Below are positions 1 to 10,223 of a stretch of DNA of 64,000 nt, piece after piece (positions within the stretch are counted from its first letter, which is position 1; each line of letters begins with the position of its first letter). The stretch is from NCBI GenBank assembly GCA_038998335.1, contig JAVZHQ010000001.1, forward strand, positions 96,001 to 160,000, in the 5' to 3' direction. The stretch is from Candidatus Aenigmatarchaeota archaeon (GTDB lineage: Archaea; Aenigmatarchaeota; Aenigmatarchaeia; CG10238-14; SCSR01). The notes beneath the pieces are model-generated. The model did no database searches. It saw only the letters and a program-made list of their open reading frames with translations, and was not told where the DNA came from. A program made the translations under genes and the position numbers.

Positions 1-428
1 AGGTGAATATTTTCAGAAGATATTAATGCTTCTTTCCCAACTTTACACTCGCCTTTTTCTCCTTTAAGCCTGTTAACCTTACATTTTCTCTCGCATAGTT
101 CGCAAGCTTCCATTATTTCTCTTGTAAGTATAATTTTTAAGTCAATTAAAGAATAGCGAGGGACTTCAAGTTCATTTAACTTCATTTTTTTCTTCTCACA
201 TACTTCTTTAATTTCATAAAATTTTTTCATAAGTTGAGAATGAGTTTCCCAGAGCTCTTCAGAGCTTAAGCTTTTTTGGAAATCAAAAACAATTCTTCTG
301 GCTATTTGAAAATTTGCCCAAGCTTGATTTTCAACAGCTTTAACATACCTTGGTAAAATTTTTTTAATTATAGGATTTTCTAAGGCCCTTGCTGAGTCAG
401 GTCTTATGAGGTAAAAATAACTAACCAT
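1..428 (-). CDS. PflX-like radical SAM protein, N-terminal part (runs off window)
   Basis: Not in ORF track; manual translation from ATG at 428 gives MVSYFYLIRPDSARALENP...MEACELCERKCKVNRLKGEKGECKVG, a CxxCxxxC..NR..GEKGxC pattern typical of PflX N-termini. Confidence 0.7.
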   Translation of the reverse strand, partial: MVSYFYLIRPDSARALENPIIKKILPRYVKAVENQAWANFQIARRIVFDFQKSLSSEELWETHSQLMKKFYEIKEVCEKKKMKLNELEVPRYSLIDLKIILTREIMEACELCERKCKVNRLKGEKGECKVGKEALISSENIH

Positions 429-437
429 AATTATTCT

Positions 438-2051
438 TTATAAACAAGCTTTAATTAACCCATCGAATAATGGAGCAGGTCTTAAAGGTCTTGATTTAAA
501 TTCTGGATGGGCTTGGGTTGCAACAAAATATTTATGATTTGGTAGTTCTATGAATTCCACAAGCTTTTTATCTGGAGAAACCCCAGAAAATACTAAGCCA
601 TTTTTCTGTAAGATTTCATGGAACTTTGGGTTTACTTCATACCTATGCCTGTGTCTTTCGCTGATTCTTTCTCTTTGCCCATAAAGCTTCCAAACTAAAC
701 TACCTTTTTTAAGAATAGCTGGATAAGCTCCTAATCGCATGCTCGCTCCGTATCTTGATTCTTTCAATATTTTTTTTTGTTCAGGCAAGATATCAATAAC
801 TGGATAAGGAGTTTTTGGGTCAAATTCTGTGCTGTTAGCGTTTTTTAAGTTACAAACATTTCTTGCAAATTCAACTACTGCTAACTGTAAGCCTAAGCAT
901 AAGCCTAAGAATGGAATGTTCTTTTCTCTAGCATATCTTATAGCTAGGATCTTTCCTTCTATTCCAGTTTTTCCAAAACCACCTGGAACTATTATTCCAT
1001 TAACTGAATCAAGAACAGAAAGTTTTTTTTCATCTCTTTCAAATTCTTTTGAATCAATCCATTCTATCTTTGCTTTAACATTATTGTTAGCTGCTGCATG
1101 CTTTATTGCTTCTATAACAGAAATGTAAGAATCTGGTAAGCGATATAAACCAATATCAAAATATTTCCCAACTATACCAATTTTAACAATTCTTTTTGCT
1201 TTGTTCATTTTTTCAACAAACTTTTTCCACTCGTTTATCTTAGATGTTTTTGCCTTAAGGTTAAATTTTTCTAGTATTTTATCCCCAAACTTTTGTTTTT
1301 CGAATATCAAAGGCAGTTCATAAACATTCTCAAGGTTTGGGTTTGAAATTATGTATTCTTTTTGAATACTGCAAAAAAGAGAAAGTTTTTCTTTTCTTAT
1401 CTCATCAACAGGTTCTTCCGACCTACAAACCAAAAAATCAGGTTGAATCCCTATTTCTCTTAGTTCTTTTATAGAATGCTGCGCAGGTTTTGATTTCATC
1501 TCACCTAAACTCTTTACTACTGGTAAATAAGCAACATGAACAAAAATGACTTTTTCTCCTTCAAACTTCATTTGCCTTGCAGCCTCTAGAAACAAAACAT
1601 TTTCATAATCTCCTACAACTCCACCAATTTCAACCAAAACAAAATCTGCTTTTGTTTTTTTAGCAACATTTTTAATTCTTCTTTTAATCTCATCAGTTAT
1701 GTGAGGAATAGGCTGAACGGTTTTTCCTAGGTATTCTCCTCTTCTCTCCTTTTCTATTACAACATAATAAATTTGTCCGGTAGTTATGTTATGCTCTTTG
1801 CTTATATTAGTATCTAAAAATCTTTCATAATGTCCTAAATCTTGATCTATTTCTCCACCATCTTCTGTTACCCATACTTCACCATGCTCGGTAGGTCTTA
1901 AGGTTCCTGCGTCCATGTTAATGTAAGGGTCTATTTTAATCGCTGTAGCAGTGTAACCCTTAAGTTGAAGAACTTTTCCTATAGAAGCGGTAGTTATTCC
2001 TTTTCCTAGCCCCGAAATTACCCCTCCGGTAACGAAAATGTAATTGCTCAT
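438..2051 (-). CDS. pyrG: CTP synthase
   Basis: YIFVTGGVISGLGKG, KIDPYIN, GLCLGLQ, ERHRHRYEVN, QAHPEF motifs. Confidence 0.98.
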   Translation of the reverse strand: MSNYIFVTGGVISGLGKGITTASIGKVLQLKGYTATAIKIDPYINMDAGTLRPTEHGEVWVTEDGGEIDQDLGHYERFLDTNISKEHNITTGQIYYVVIEKERRGEYLGKTVQPIPHITDEIKRRIKNVAKKTKADFVLVEIGGVVGDYENVLFLEAARQMKFEGEKVIFVHVAYLPVVKSLGEMKSKPAQHSIKELREIGIQPDFLVCRSEEPVDEIRKEKLSLFCSIQKEYIISNPNLENVYELPLIFEKQKFGDKILEKFNLKAKTSKINEWKKFVEKMNKAKRIVKIGIVGKYFDIGLYRLPDSYISVIEAIKHAAANNNVKAKIEWIDSKEFERDEKKLSVLDSVNGIIVPGGFGKTGIEGKILAIRYAREKNIPFLGLCLGLQLAVVEFARNVCNLKNANSTEFDPKTPYPVIDILPEQKKILKESRYGASMRLGAYPAILKKGSLVWKLYGQRERISERHRHRYEVNPKFHEILQKNGLVFSGVSPDKKLVEFIELPNHKYFVATQAHPEFKSRPLRPAPLFDGLIKACL

Positions 2052-2076
2052 TGTTTTTTTGTATGTATTATAAGAA

Positions 2077-2190
2077 TTAATATCTTTTTCTCTTTTTCCA
2101 GAACTTATCGTAAATCTTCCTGAACCAATAAACTTTAGTCCTTTTCAAACTTTGTTTGACATGGAAAAACCTTTTCTTAACTCTAACCAT
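2077..2190 (-). CDS. Small basic protein, 37 aa (MVRVKKRFFHVKQSLKRTKVYWFRKIYDKFWKKRKRY)
   Basis: Manual translation; GAGGT RBS-like sequence before ATG; fills the gap between the pilin operon and pyrG. Confidence 0.45.
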   Translation of the reverse strand: MVRVKKRFFHVKQSLKRTKVYWFRKIYDKFWKKRKRY

Positions 2191-2194
2191 AACC

Positions 2195-2926
2195 TCACGC
2201 GTAAACTACATTTAGAACTTTTACAGTTAAAAAATCAACATCTGAATATAAAGTATAAAGAATTTCATAGCTAGCATAGCTAGTGTTTAAATGTACTATA
2301 GCTTCTGCCTTTGCTGAATTCTTATTCTCATTTAACGCTTCAGAGTAGCCATAGCCGTAAGAACTCTCTTCTTCATCGTCTATAAAAATAGAGGTGTCCG
2401 AAGGAATTAGGTTTATGTCGTTCATTTTAAAATTAATTAACTTAATAAGCTTGCTTGTGTTTATGAATTCGTAATTTTCTTTACTTCCTTTCTTTAAAAT
2501 CCCAACTTTCATAAACTCATTTTCCAAAACAATTTCATCTTCTCCATCGTTATCCAAATCATATTCTTTAGCTACTGCGCTTTTCCCAGAAATCAGAAGA
2601 ATATTATCTTCTTTAAGGAATATTGATTCTAGGGAGTAGCTTTTTGGTAAATAGTAAAATTCAATACTGTTTGTTTTTTCATTTACTTTATATTCTCCGT
2701 CTGAGATTTTCAAAGAGATTGTCCTAAGGCTTCCTATACCTTCTGAAGCAACTTCTTCTATAGTTTTTTCTATAAGCATTAAATTTCCCCAAGCTTCATT
2801 AATTACAGAAGATTCTCTTGCCCTTTCTATTATAGGCATGCCTAAAAAAAGAACTAGAACAATGCCAGAGAATACTATCAAAAAAACCATAACATAAGCA
2901 ATTAACGGGCTAACTCCTTTTAACAT
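2195..2926 (-). CDS. Archaeal pilin-like protein (class III signal peptide)
   Basis: N-terminus MLKG/VSPLIAYVMVFLIV followed by hydrophobic helix. Confidence 0.8.
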   Translation of the reverse strand: MLKGVSPLIAYVMVFLIVFSGIVLVLFLGMPIIERARESSVINEAWGNLMLIEKTIEEVASEGIGSLRTISLKISDGEYKVNEKTNSIEFYYLPKSYSLESIFLKEDNILLISGKSAVAKEYDLDNDGEDEIVLENEFMKVGILKKGSKENYEFINTSKLIKLINFKMNDINLIPSDTSIFIDDEEESSYGYGYSEALNENKNSAKAEAIVHLNTSYASYEILYTLYSDVDFLTVKVLNVVYA

Positions 2927-3540
2927 TTTCTCACTTCTATTATCGGCTTATTTTCTTTCGTTGTCCCATAATACTCTACACAAACTCTATTTGTTCCTGA
3001 GCTAAAAATTTCACTTCCTTTTATCAAAATTTTATCATTTCTCAAGATTAATAAGATTAAACCTGAATCTTTAGAATAAAGTGAAAAAGCTTGTGAAGGC
3101 AAGCCGTATTTTTCCACTGAATAAATTTTTCTTTCAATTTGTTCGCATGTACCATTTGTAAAAGCTATAATAAGGCTAGTTCCTTCAGCTTTTTGTTTAA
3201 CTTCAACCTTATAGTCTTGGTTTACTGAAAAAGAAATAAAGTTTAAGTCTTGCCTTTTTCCTGAATAGATTAAGCTTGCAAGCATCCCTTTTTCGAATTC
3301 TTCTTCATCATAAGAGCAAGCATAAAAGTGAGATAAGTTTGTAGGATAGCCTATTATGTAAAGGTTCTCTTCCACGCTTCCATTAATTCCATCAATTTTG
3401 TAAAAGTCGTTATTTTTGTTTTCCCCTAAATGATAAGCAAACCTAAACTTTACGTAACTTACTCTGCTTTGAGCATTAAGCGAAGTGGTTAAAAAGAAAA
3501 GTACTAAAATTAAGAAAATACAAAAAATTACCTTCCTCAT
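2920..3540 (-). CDS. Secreted hypothetical protein in pilin operon
   Basis: Signal-peptide-like N-terminus; overlaps neighbouring pilin gene. Confidence 0.6.
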   Translation of the reverse strand: MRKVIFCIFLILVLFFLTTSLNAQSRVSYVKFRFAYHLGENKNNDFYKIDGINGSVEENLYIIGYPTNLSHFYACSYDEEEFEKGMLASLIYSGKRQDLNFISFSVNQDYKVEVKQKAEGTSLIIAFTNGTCEQIERKIYSVEKYGLPSQAFSLYSKDSGLILLILRNDKILIKGSEIFSSGTNRVCVEYYGTTKENKPIIEVRKC

Positions 3541-3566
3541 ATTTAATTTTTTGATTTTTTATTTAA

Positions 3567-4163
3567 TTAAGCAAGTTCATAATATTTCAAAACTTTATCT
3601 CTGAGTTTCATCTTTTCCGTTTCTAGTGTGATGTCAAGAAAAACTATAAGTTGAGTTTTTCCTTTTAGGGATTCTACAAGAAATTCCTCTTCTTCTTTAG
3701 AATAAGGAGTCTCATAAAAAATTTTTAAAGTATAGTTTGCATCTTCGATTGGAACAGTAAAGATTGTATTTACTTTTTCTCCATCTCTTACTTTTTCAAG
3801 CCTATTAAAAGAGTTGTTGAGTGTTATATTAAGAAAAATTATATCACTTCCTAAAAGGTTTTTTACACTTACGTTTAGGCTGCTATTTTCTGCAAAAACC
3901 TCTAAGAGGAGCGAACTTAAAATTGAAGCTCTTCTTTTAAAAGATTTTCTTGCAAAATTAGCAAAACTTTCTAAATTTTTTGTTATATTTTCTTTTTGAT
4001 TAATCGAGAACTCTACACTTCTTATCATCTCTTCCTTAACGTTTTCAAACTCCAAGAAAAGGCTTTTATCTTGCTTGATTTCTAAAAAACTTATACTTGC
4101 TTTGATTAAAGCAAGAATTGTTATGAAAATTATTGCAATTATCAAGAAAGCTTGGCCTTTCAT
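3567..4163 (-). CDS. Minor pilin-like protein
   Basis: MKG/QAFLIIAIIFI class III signal peptide. Confidence 0.75.
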   Translation of the reverse strand: MKGQAFLIIAIIFITILALIKASISFLEIKQDKSLFLEFENVKEEMIRSVEFSINQKENITKNLESFANFARKSFKRRASILSSLLLEVFAENSSLNVSVKNLLGSDIIFLNITLNNSFNRLEKVRDGEKVNTIFTVPIEDANYTLKIFYETPYSKEEEEFLVESLKGKTQLIVFLDITLETEKMKLRDKVLKYYELA

Positions 4164-4519
4164 TTGCTCACCAATAAAACAACTTCTAAAGGTTTAAACT
4201 CTCCAAAGTTACCAGCTAAAAAATAACTTACTCTTACTTTTTCTCCTTCAAAATCGGTTTTTTGGCAGTCTTCACAAATAAAAACTTCGTAACTTAACTG
4301 GTAGGGAATTAAATTTTTAAGCTTACTTTTTATGCTTTCTGTATCGTTTTTTAAAACATAATTCCTTAGTTCATTACTTTTGTCAAGAGCTCTCAAAGCT
4401 TTAAGTCCGATTTCTTTAAGATTAATTTCTCCCTTAGGTTCTTCAGGAGCAAAAATTAAGATTAAAAATATAAATATAAAAGAAGCTGCTATTATTGCTT
4501 CTCCAACATTCAAAGCCAT
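4160..4519 (-). CDS. Minor pilin-like membrane-anchored protein
   Basis: N-terminal EAIIAASFIFIFL helix; translationally coupled in pilin operon. Confidence 0.6.
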   Translation of the reverse strand: MALNVGEAIIAASFIFIFLILIFAPEEPKGEINLKEIGLKALRALDKSNELRNYVLKNDTESIKSKLKNLIPYQLSYEVFICEDCQKTDFEGEKVRVSYFLAGNFGEFKPLEVVLLVSK

Positions 4520-5160
4520 TACTTTTCACTTACCTCTAAATAAAAATCATAATTTCCAAGGCTTTTAATTAAATCATCATAATTAACGCTCCTAAGTCCT
4601 TTAAGTTTACTTAAAGATAACATTTTTTGTTCTTGAAGAGGGAATACTTCTACTTTTAAACCAGAAGCTTCTTCGAAAGGAACGTAATAGTTCACTTCCT
4701 TTACTTCTTTTTCTCCAGAAAAGTAAATGAAGAAGATTTTTGTTTGGTAAGCTGAGAAATTTGACTTTAAAACTAGGTCAGAGTTTTTCAAATAGTTTTC
4801 TTCACAAAAAGTTTCATTATAAATACTAAACTCAACTTCTTTGTTATTTTCGTCGTAAACCCTTACTGTGGAAATCCAAGCTTTATTCTCGCATTTTTCG
4901 TCAAATTTTATGGTTAAATTTATTATCGCATCTGTTCTTTCATTTCCGTTTATTTCCGTGATTTTAACTGGCAACTTATAAAGTTCTGTGGTTAAGTTAA
5001 GCTTTAACGCAAGGAAAATGTTATGAGCAATAGTTTTTAGGTTAAGGGTTTGGGAGTATTGTGAATACTTTACCACATAGCTTAAAACAAAACTTAAAGC
5101 TATGGTAATTGCTATTAAAAAAATTCCAACAGCAATTACAAAATCAGCTTGAATTGGCAT
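4519..5160 (-). CDS. Minor pilin-like protein
   Basis: MPIQADFVIAVGIFLIAI, a Q-x-D/E pilin-type N-terminal helix. Confidence 0.65.
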   Translation of the reverse strand: MPIQADFVIAVGIFLIAITIALSFVLSYVVKYSQYSQTLNLKTIAHNIFLALKLNLTTELYKLPVKITEINGNERTDAIINLTIKFDEKCENKAWISTVRVYDENNKEVEFSIYNETFCEENYLKNSDLVLKSNFSAYQTKIFFIYFSGEKEVKEVNYYVPFEEASGLKVEVFPLQEQKMLSLSKLKGLRSVNYDDLIKSLGNYDFYLEVSEK

Positions 5161-5645
5161 TATAGCACCATTTCTTCGAACACAATTTTATCGCTTACTT
5201 TATTATCTAAGTTACATCTGTAATAGTACATACCTGTTTTTCTTTCACTTTTAATTTTTCCTTGAAAGTTAACGTAAATCTTTGGGAATTTTATTTCAAA
5301 AGTTTCCGAATTTCCAAAAGCCTTTATTATCAAATTTTCTTCAGAATTTTGAACAATAATCTCATAGTTCTTGTTTGAAATTTTTGGTGGAAAGTTAAGT
5401 TTAACTTCTTGAAGAATAATGCAAGAATTATTTTTTGGTATAAATTTTGAGTTGCTAGCAAATTCGTAAGCTTCTATTATTGAGTTGTATAATTTTAAAG
5501 AAATGTATTCCAAATCATTTTTAATCTCATTCTTAAGAAAGCTTGAATAAAAAGAAGAAAAAATTAAGGAAGAAAATATTATAAGGGTTACCGAAAGCAA
5601 AATGGTTAAAGCGTAGCTTATTAAAATAGCTTGTCCTTTCATCAA
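5160..5645 (-). CDS. Minor pilin-like protein
   Basis: MMKG/QAILISYALTILL class III signal peptide. Confidence 0.75.
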   Translation of the reverse strand: MMKGQAILISYALTILLSVTLIIFSSLIFSSFYSSFLKNEIKNDLEYISLKLYNSIIEAYEFASNSKFIPKNNSCIILQEVKLNFPPKISNKNYEIIVQNSEENLIIKAFGNSETFEIKFPKIYVNFQGKIKSERKTGMYYYRCNLDNKVSDKIVFEEMVL

Positions 5646-5702
5646 TTAAAATTGGCACGCTTAAGATAATATTTATTAACCCTTAAAAATAAAAATAAAA
5701 GT

Positions 5703-6131
5703 ATGAGGAAAGGATTATCCCCACTCGTAGCTGCAGTTTTGCTCATAGCAGCAACAATGGGAATAGCAACAATCCTAACTTACTGGGCAACCCGATTTAT
5801 TCAATCCTCTTTACCAGAAGTTGCCAATCAAAGCTATAGCCCTTGCCTATACGCAGATTTCCAGATTTATTCCTGCTCTTACACAAACTCTACACCAACA
5901 AAAGGGAACATAACATTAATTTTAAAGAATGCTATGGACGTTGAACTAAGAAATCTAACAGCTACAGTATTTTATGGTCCTACAATAAAAAACTATCCAT
6001 TAAAACCAGATAATATTTTACCAAAAAACATTTACAAAGGCTTCACTATAGAAGACGTTGATTTACCGTTTGACAAACTTGTGATAACCACTCATTGTCC
6101 ATACGTAGAAGAAGAGTCACCATGCCATTAA
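5703..6131 (+). CDS. Archaeal type IV pilin
   Basis: MRKG/LSPLVAAVLLIAAT, classic archaeal pilin N-terminus. Confidence 0.88.
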   Translation: MRKGLSPLVAAVLLIAATMGIATILTYWATRFIQSSLPEVANQSYSPCLYADFQIYSCSYTNSTPTKGNITLILKNAMDVELRNLTATVFYGPTIKNYPLKPDNILPKNIYKGFTIEDVDLPFDKLVITTHCPYVEEESPCH

Positions 6132-6604
6132 AAGGCATCTCTCCTCTAGTAGCTACTGTATTGTTAATAGCTTTTACCGTAGCTGCAGCTGCCATAATTT
6201 CTTTTTGGTTAATTCCCTTTTTAACTTCAATTTCCCAATCAACTACAGAAGAAGCTGATATTCAGCTTAAATGTAGCAGAGGAGGTATTTCTCTTTTTGA
6301 CTTAAAGTATAACTTATCGTCTTCTTATCTTTTGGGAAAAATTGAAAATACTGGTTCAGTTTCTCTTGGAAGCTTGGCCTTACAAATACTTTACTTAAAC
6401 TCCACGGTAGAAAAAATAGAGTTATGCTATTCTGAAGGAAATGTTTTACCATGTGAAAAATCTAACTTAACACTTTTACCAAGAGACATAATTTCTTTTA
6501 GTATAAAAATTCCAAACAATTATGATGTATTGACTTTGACTACAAACTGCTCTGCTTATGGAGTTTATGGGAGAGCAACTAGAGAAGAAATTAACCAAAT
6601 ATAA
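6122..6604 (+). CDS. Archaeal type IV pilin
   Basis: Probable start at 6122: MPLKG/ISPLVATVLLIAFTV. Confidence 0.88.
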   Translation: MPLKGISPLVATVLLIAFTVAAAAIISFWLIPFLTSISQSTTEEADIQLKCSRGGISLFDLKYNLSSSYLLGKIENTGSVSLGSLALQILYLNSTVEKIELCYSEGNVLPCEKSNLTLLPRDIISFSIKIPNNYDVLTLTTNCSAYGVYGRATREEINQI

Positions 6605-7406
6605 GAAAAACTATTATACCAGCGCTTATCATGAAAAGGCTATGCTTGATTCCTGCTACTACTGCTCCTTCTGACATTTTTCCAACTATCAGACCAGCAA
6701 AAAACCCTTGAATAATTATAAGATTTTGGAACAGAAGTTTGTACCTTTCGGTAAGACTTCCTTGCTGAGTTTGCTCTAAAGGATTTCTGGCTTGAGAAAG
6801 GCTTGGTATCAAAAACCTTTGCATTATTATCATTACTGCTAAAAAAACAAAGAAAATTACGTAGCCGGTAATCATTTGTGATTGAAGATAAAGCTTTCTT
6901 TCTGTTCTTAACCTTTCTATTTCTAAAGCAGTGTTTGCTAAAGCTTCTAGCGTATCGGTTAAATTACCACCAAACCTATGAGTTTCTATAACGCTTGAAA
7001 CAATCCTTGCTATAACTCTTGACTTGCTTTCCTTAGCAAAATTTTGAAGAACTTTATCAACATTAATTCCCCAATCAACTTGAGCAGCCATTTTCTTTAC
7101 GTAAGGACTTAAAGTCTTGTAGTCATTAGAAGAAAGCGATTTTAAAGCTTGAGGTATTGTCATACCACTTCTCACACTTTCGACAAAATCCCTTAAGAAT
7201 ACTGGAAAAATTTCTTCCAACTCCTTTACTTTTCTATGCTCGTTGTACCTAAGAAAAATTAAAGGTGAAATAAAAACCCCAAAAGCAACTATCAAGAGAA
7301 TTTGAAACACGTTGGCTATTCCTGAAAAGTAAACAAAAGCTAAGGTAATTAAAAACACTGCTAAAAAACTACTTGGAACAAGGAGTAAAACTTCATTCTT
7401 CTTCAC
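6591..7406 (-). CDS. Type II secretion system F-domain membrane platform protein (TadC/ArlJ-like)
   Basis: FPVFLRDFVESVRSGMTIPQAL...GGNLTDTLE T2SSF pattern with TM helices. Confidence 0.88.
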   Translation of the reverse strand: MKKNEVLLLVPSSFLAVFLITLAFVYFSGIANVFQILLIVAFGVFISPLIFLRYNEHRKVKELEEIFPVFLRDFVESVRSGMTIPQALKSLSSNDYKTLSPYVKKMAAQVDWGINVDKVLQNFAKESKSRVIARIVSSVIETHRFGGNLTDTLEALANTALEIERLRTERKLYLQSQMITGYVIFFVFLAVMIIMQRFLIPSLSQARNPLEQTQQGSLTERYKLLFQNLIIIQGFFAGLIVGKMSEGAVVAGIKHSLFMISAGIIVFLIFG

Positions 7407-8278
7407 ATTTCTACCTCCACACCTCTTAAGAACATTAGAAAACCTATGTTTAGAGCAGGAAGAATAACGTAAATTATCAGTTCCATTAGATTAAGGATTT
7501 CAAACTGTCCTATGGTAGTAGCTCCTGGTATAGTGTTCATCACAGCAAAAAGGGAGATTATAAAAAGAGGGGCAGCTATTAGTAATCCGGTATAAATTTC
7601 AGCATAAGTTGTTAGCTGTTGTAAAAATCTCTCTCTTTTTATTCTCCACTCAAACAAAGCTCTTATACCAGAAGTTTTAAGGTATTCTTTCATGCTTCCC
7701 CCTGCTTCTGTCGTTGTTACAAAACCAAGCAATAATTGCCTTAAACTTTCAGAAGGAGTTCTTTTAGCAACTTCCCTTGCTGCTGTTACTGGGTCTACAC
7801 CAAAAGCTTCGATATTCCTAACTATTTTTTTCATCTCTTCAGCAATTTCTCCATATTCTTTAAAATTGCTTATGATTTTAAAAACAACATAGGGAGGAAC
7901 TCCGGATTCTGCTATCGCACTCATGTGAGTTAAAACAAAAGGCAAGTTAGTTTCTATGTTTCTTTTTTTTGATTGCATTATTTGATAAGGAGAAAAAAAG
8001 AGTGTAAAAAGAGAAATAAAAGAAAAGGTTATAGGCATAGCTATAACGTAAAGCAGGAAAAGAGCTTCTGGTAATTGGAAGAAAATAAAAATAAGGTAGA
8101 AAAAAGTAAGGCTTACAATAAAAACCAATATTGTAGTTAAAATGCTCATGCTAACATAACTTCTTAAAGGAATTTTAATTCCAGATTTTACTAAACTTTC
8201 TTTTAAAAAAGAAAAGAGCTCAGGATTTTTATCTACAATTTTTCCAAACAATAAAGTTGCAAACCCAACATAACTCAT
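7403..8278 (-). CDS. Type II secretion system F-domain membrane platform protein (TadB/ArlJ-like)
   Basis: LPFVLTHMSAIAESGVPP, YGEIAEE, TPSESL, GGSMKEYL. Confidence 0.88.
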   Translation of the reverse strand: MSYVGFATLLFGKIVDKNPELFSFLKESLVKSGIKIPLRSYVSMSILTTILVFIVSLTFFYLIFIFFQLPEALFLLYVIAMPITFSFISLFTLFFSPYQIMQSKKRNIETNLPFVLTHMSAIAESGVPPYVVFKIISNFKEYGEIAEEMKKIVRNIEAFGVDPVTAAREVAKRTPSESLRQLLLGFVTTTEAGGSMKEYLKTSGIRALFEWRIKRERFLQQLTTYAEIYTGLLIAAPLFIISLFAVMNTIPGATTIGQFEILNLMELIIYVILPALNIGFLMFLRGVEVEM

Positions 8279-8286
8279 TAATTTCC

Positions 8287-9897
8287 CTATTTTTTCTTCT
8301 TCAAAATTTTGGCTTGTTTATAATAAAACTTAATGTACTTTGTTACTTCAATATAATCTTTTATTCCTTTTTCTCTTAAACTTTCAAGAAACTTTTCCCT
8401 TCTTTTTATTTCTTTTATTGCTTCTTCAACTCTTCCGCCCAGCTCTTCAACTATTTCCTTTATTTTCACGCTTTCATAAAACTTTTCATAAGTATCCTTT
8501 GTAGGGTTCCACCTAAAAACAGGGTTTGCTTTTACTTCTCCTGTCTTAGGATCTACTGATTGTATCTCTACAACTTCCTTAACTCTTCTTGCAGATTCTC
8601 CTTTTTCTTTTGCATGAGTCATTATAACAATGACATCTAAGCTTTCTAAAAGCGTGGGAGGAAGCTCTATTGGTGGAGAAGTTAGCCTTTTAATAACAGT
8701 GTCAACACTTCCTGCATGAAAAGTACTTAAGCAAGGATGTCCTGAAGACATTCCTTGAAACATAACATAAGCTTCCTTTCCTCTTGTCTCTCCAACTATC
8801 ACATAATCAGGGTTTTGTCTAAAACTTTCTTTAAGTAAGTCAAAAAGTGTGACTTCGCCGTACTTTTCTCCGCTAGGTAAAGGAATACCAAAGCCTACTC
8901 TTGCTAAAGTAGGAATCCAATGTTCATGAGGAATTCTTATCTCTCTTGTATCTTCTATCGAAACGATTTTTGCTTCTGAAGGAATAAACATGCATAAACT
9001 ATTTAAAAAAGAGGTTTTACCGGTTGCTACTCCACCAACGATTAGAATTGAAGCTTTATGTTCTATCAAGTACCAAAAATATGCTAGCAGCTCAGCACTT
9101 GCTGTGTTTAACTCAATTTGCTCTATTGGCGAAATTGGTTTTGTGGTAAACTTTCTTATGGTAAAAGTTGGTCCCCTTGTTGCTACATCTCCAGCAAGAG
9201 TAGCAGAAACTCTTGAGCCGTCTGGTAAAGTACCTGAAAGTATAGGTTCAGCATAGCTTACATACCTTCCGCATTTTTCCGCTAGCTTAATCACAAATTC
9301 TCTCAACTTTTCAACCTCTGTAAAAATTACATTTGTTTTTATCGAACCAAATTTCCTGTGAATAATGTAGATTGGAATGTTAACCCCATCGCAACTTATA
9401 TCTTCTATGTTTGGGTCCTGCAGTAAAGGTTCTATCTCGTTTAAACCAATAAAATTTCGGTAGATGTAATACATAAGTTTAATGTAAGTTATTCTTGAAA
9501 GTTTAAGCCCAAACTCTTTTATTATTTTTAAAACGTTTTGTTGCAAGTATTCCATAGCTTTTGAAACTTCTTTAATGGCAGTAAGCTCAACTTCTATTAA
9601 CTCTATTAAAGCTTCGGAAATTCTCTCTAGAATTTCTCTTTCACTTTCTGTTAGCTCAGGTTCTATCAAGTTATAAACCAACTCTTGATTTTGTTTGTCC
9701 CATTTTATATGGGCAAAAGCAAAGGGCTCGATCAAAGGATAAATAACATTAACTCTTGTCAAATCATGATAAGTAGGGATTTCCACTATTCTTTCCTGTT
9801 TTTTTAACACAAAAGAAGGAAAAGGCTTCCTCTCTTTTTTTATCAGTTTTCTGTAAAGAACTCCTTTCAAACTTTTTACTTTGTTCAACATAATCAT
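8287..9897 (-). CDS. Type II/IV secretion ATPase (ArlI/PilB/VirB11 family)
   Basis: DPNIEDISCDG, Walker A GGVATGKTS, SIEDTRE, RQNPDYVIVGETRG, GH..STFHA. Confidence 0.93.
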   Translation of the reverse strand: MIMLNKVKSLKGVLYRKLIKKERKPFPSFVLKKQERIVEIPTYHDLTRVNVIYPLIEPFAFAHIKWDKQNQELVYNLIEPELTESEREILERISEALIELIEVELTAIKEVSKAMEYLQQNVLKIIKEFGLKLSRITYIKLMYYIYRNFIGLNEIEPLLQDPNIEDISCDGVNIPIYIIHRKFGSIKTNVIFTEVEKLREFVIKLAEKCGRYVSYAEPILSGTLPDGSRVSATLAGDVATRGPTFTIRKFTTKPISPIEQIELNTASAELLAYFWYLIEHKASILIVGGVATGKTSFLNSLCMFIPSEAKIVSIEDTREIRIPHEHWIPTLARVGFGIPLPSGEKYGEVTLFDLLKESFRQNPDYVIVGETRGKEAYVMFQGMSSGHPCLSTFHAGSVDTVIKRLTSPPIELPPTLLESLDVIVIMTHAKEKGESARRVKEVVEIQSVDPKTGEVKANPVFRWNPTKDTYEKFYESVKIKEIVEELGGRVEEAIKEIKRREKFLESLREKGIKDYIEVTKYIKFYYKQAKILKKKK

Positions 9898-10175
9898 CTC
9901 ATGTGCTTTTTTCTTATGCTTTTTCCTGGCTTAGAAATTCCCCAGAACCTTGCACAAGCAGGACAAATCCTCATTTTTGTACTCATAAGATGAATAAATC
10001 TTTTGTCAGTTTGCTGGAGGATTAAAGGGTCGGTAATTCTTAACCCTTTAGTTACAACAAAAGTTTTGTATCTAGGTACTTCCCTTTTACAAACTCCGCA
10101 TGTCACAGTGGTTTCACTTCCTCTTGCCTTAGTGTGAGCATACTTTCTTCTGTAAGGAGCAGTGCTAACTGGCAT
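9894..10175 (-). CDS. rps26e: 30S ribosomal protein S26e (eS26)-like
   Basis: Basic 93 aa with RG....V.C..C.R.VP..K and C..CA pairs, matching the eS26 zinc-finger pattern. Confidence 0.75.
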   Translation of the reverse strand: MPVSTAPYRRKYAHTKARGSETTVTCGVCKREVPRYKTFVVTKGLRITDPLILQQTDKRFIHLMSTKMRICPACARFWGISKPGKSIRKKHMR

Positions 10176-10223
10176 ACCATCACCTAATCATAGTTAGTGT
10201 TTTAGAAATTAAATAAGTTAACT

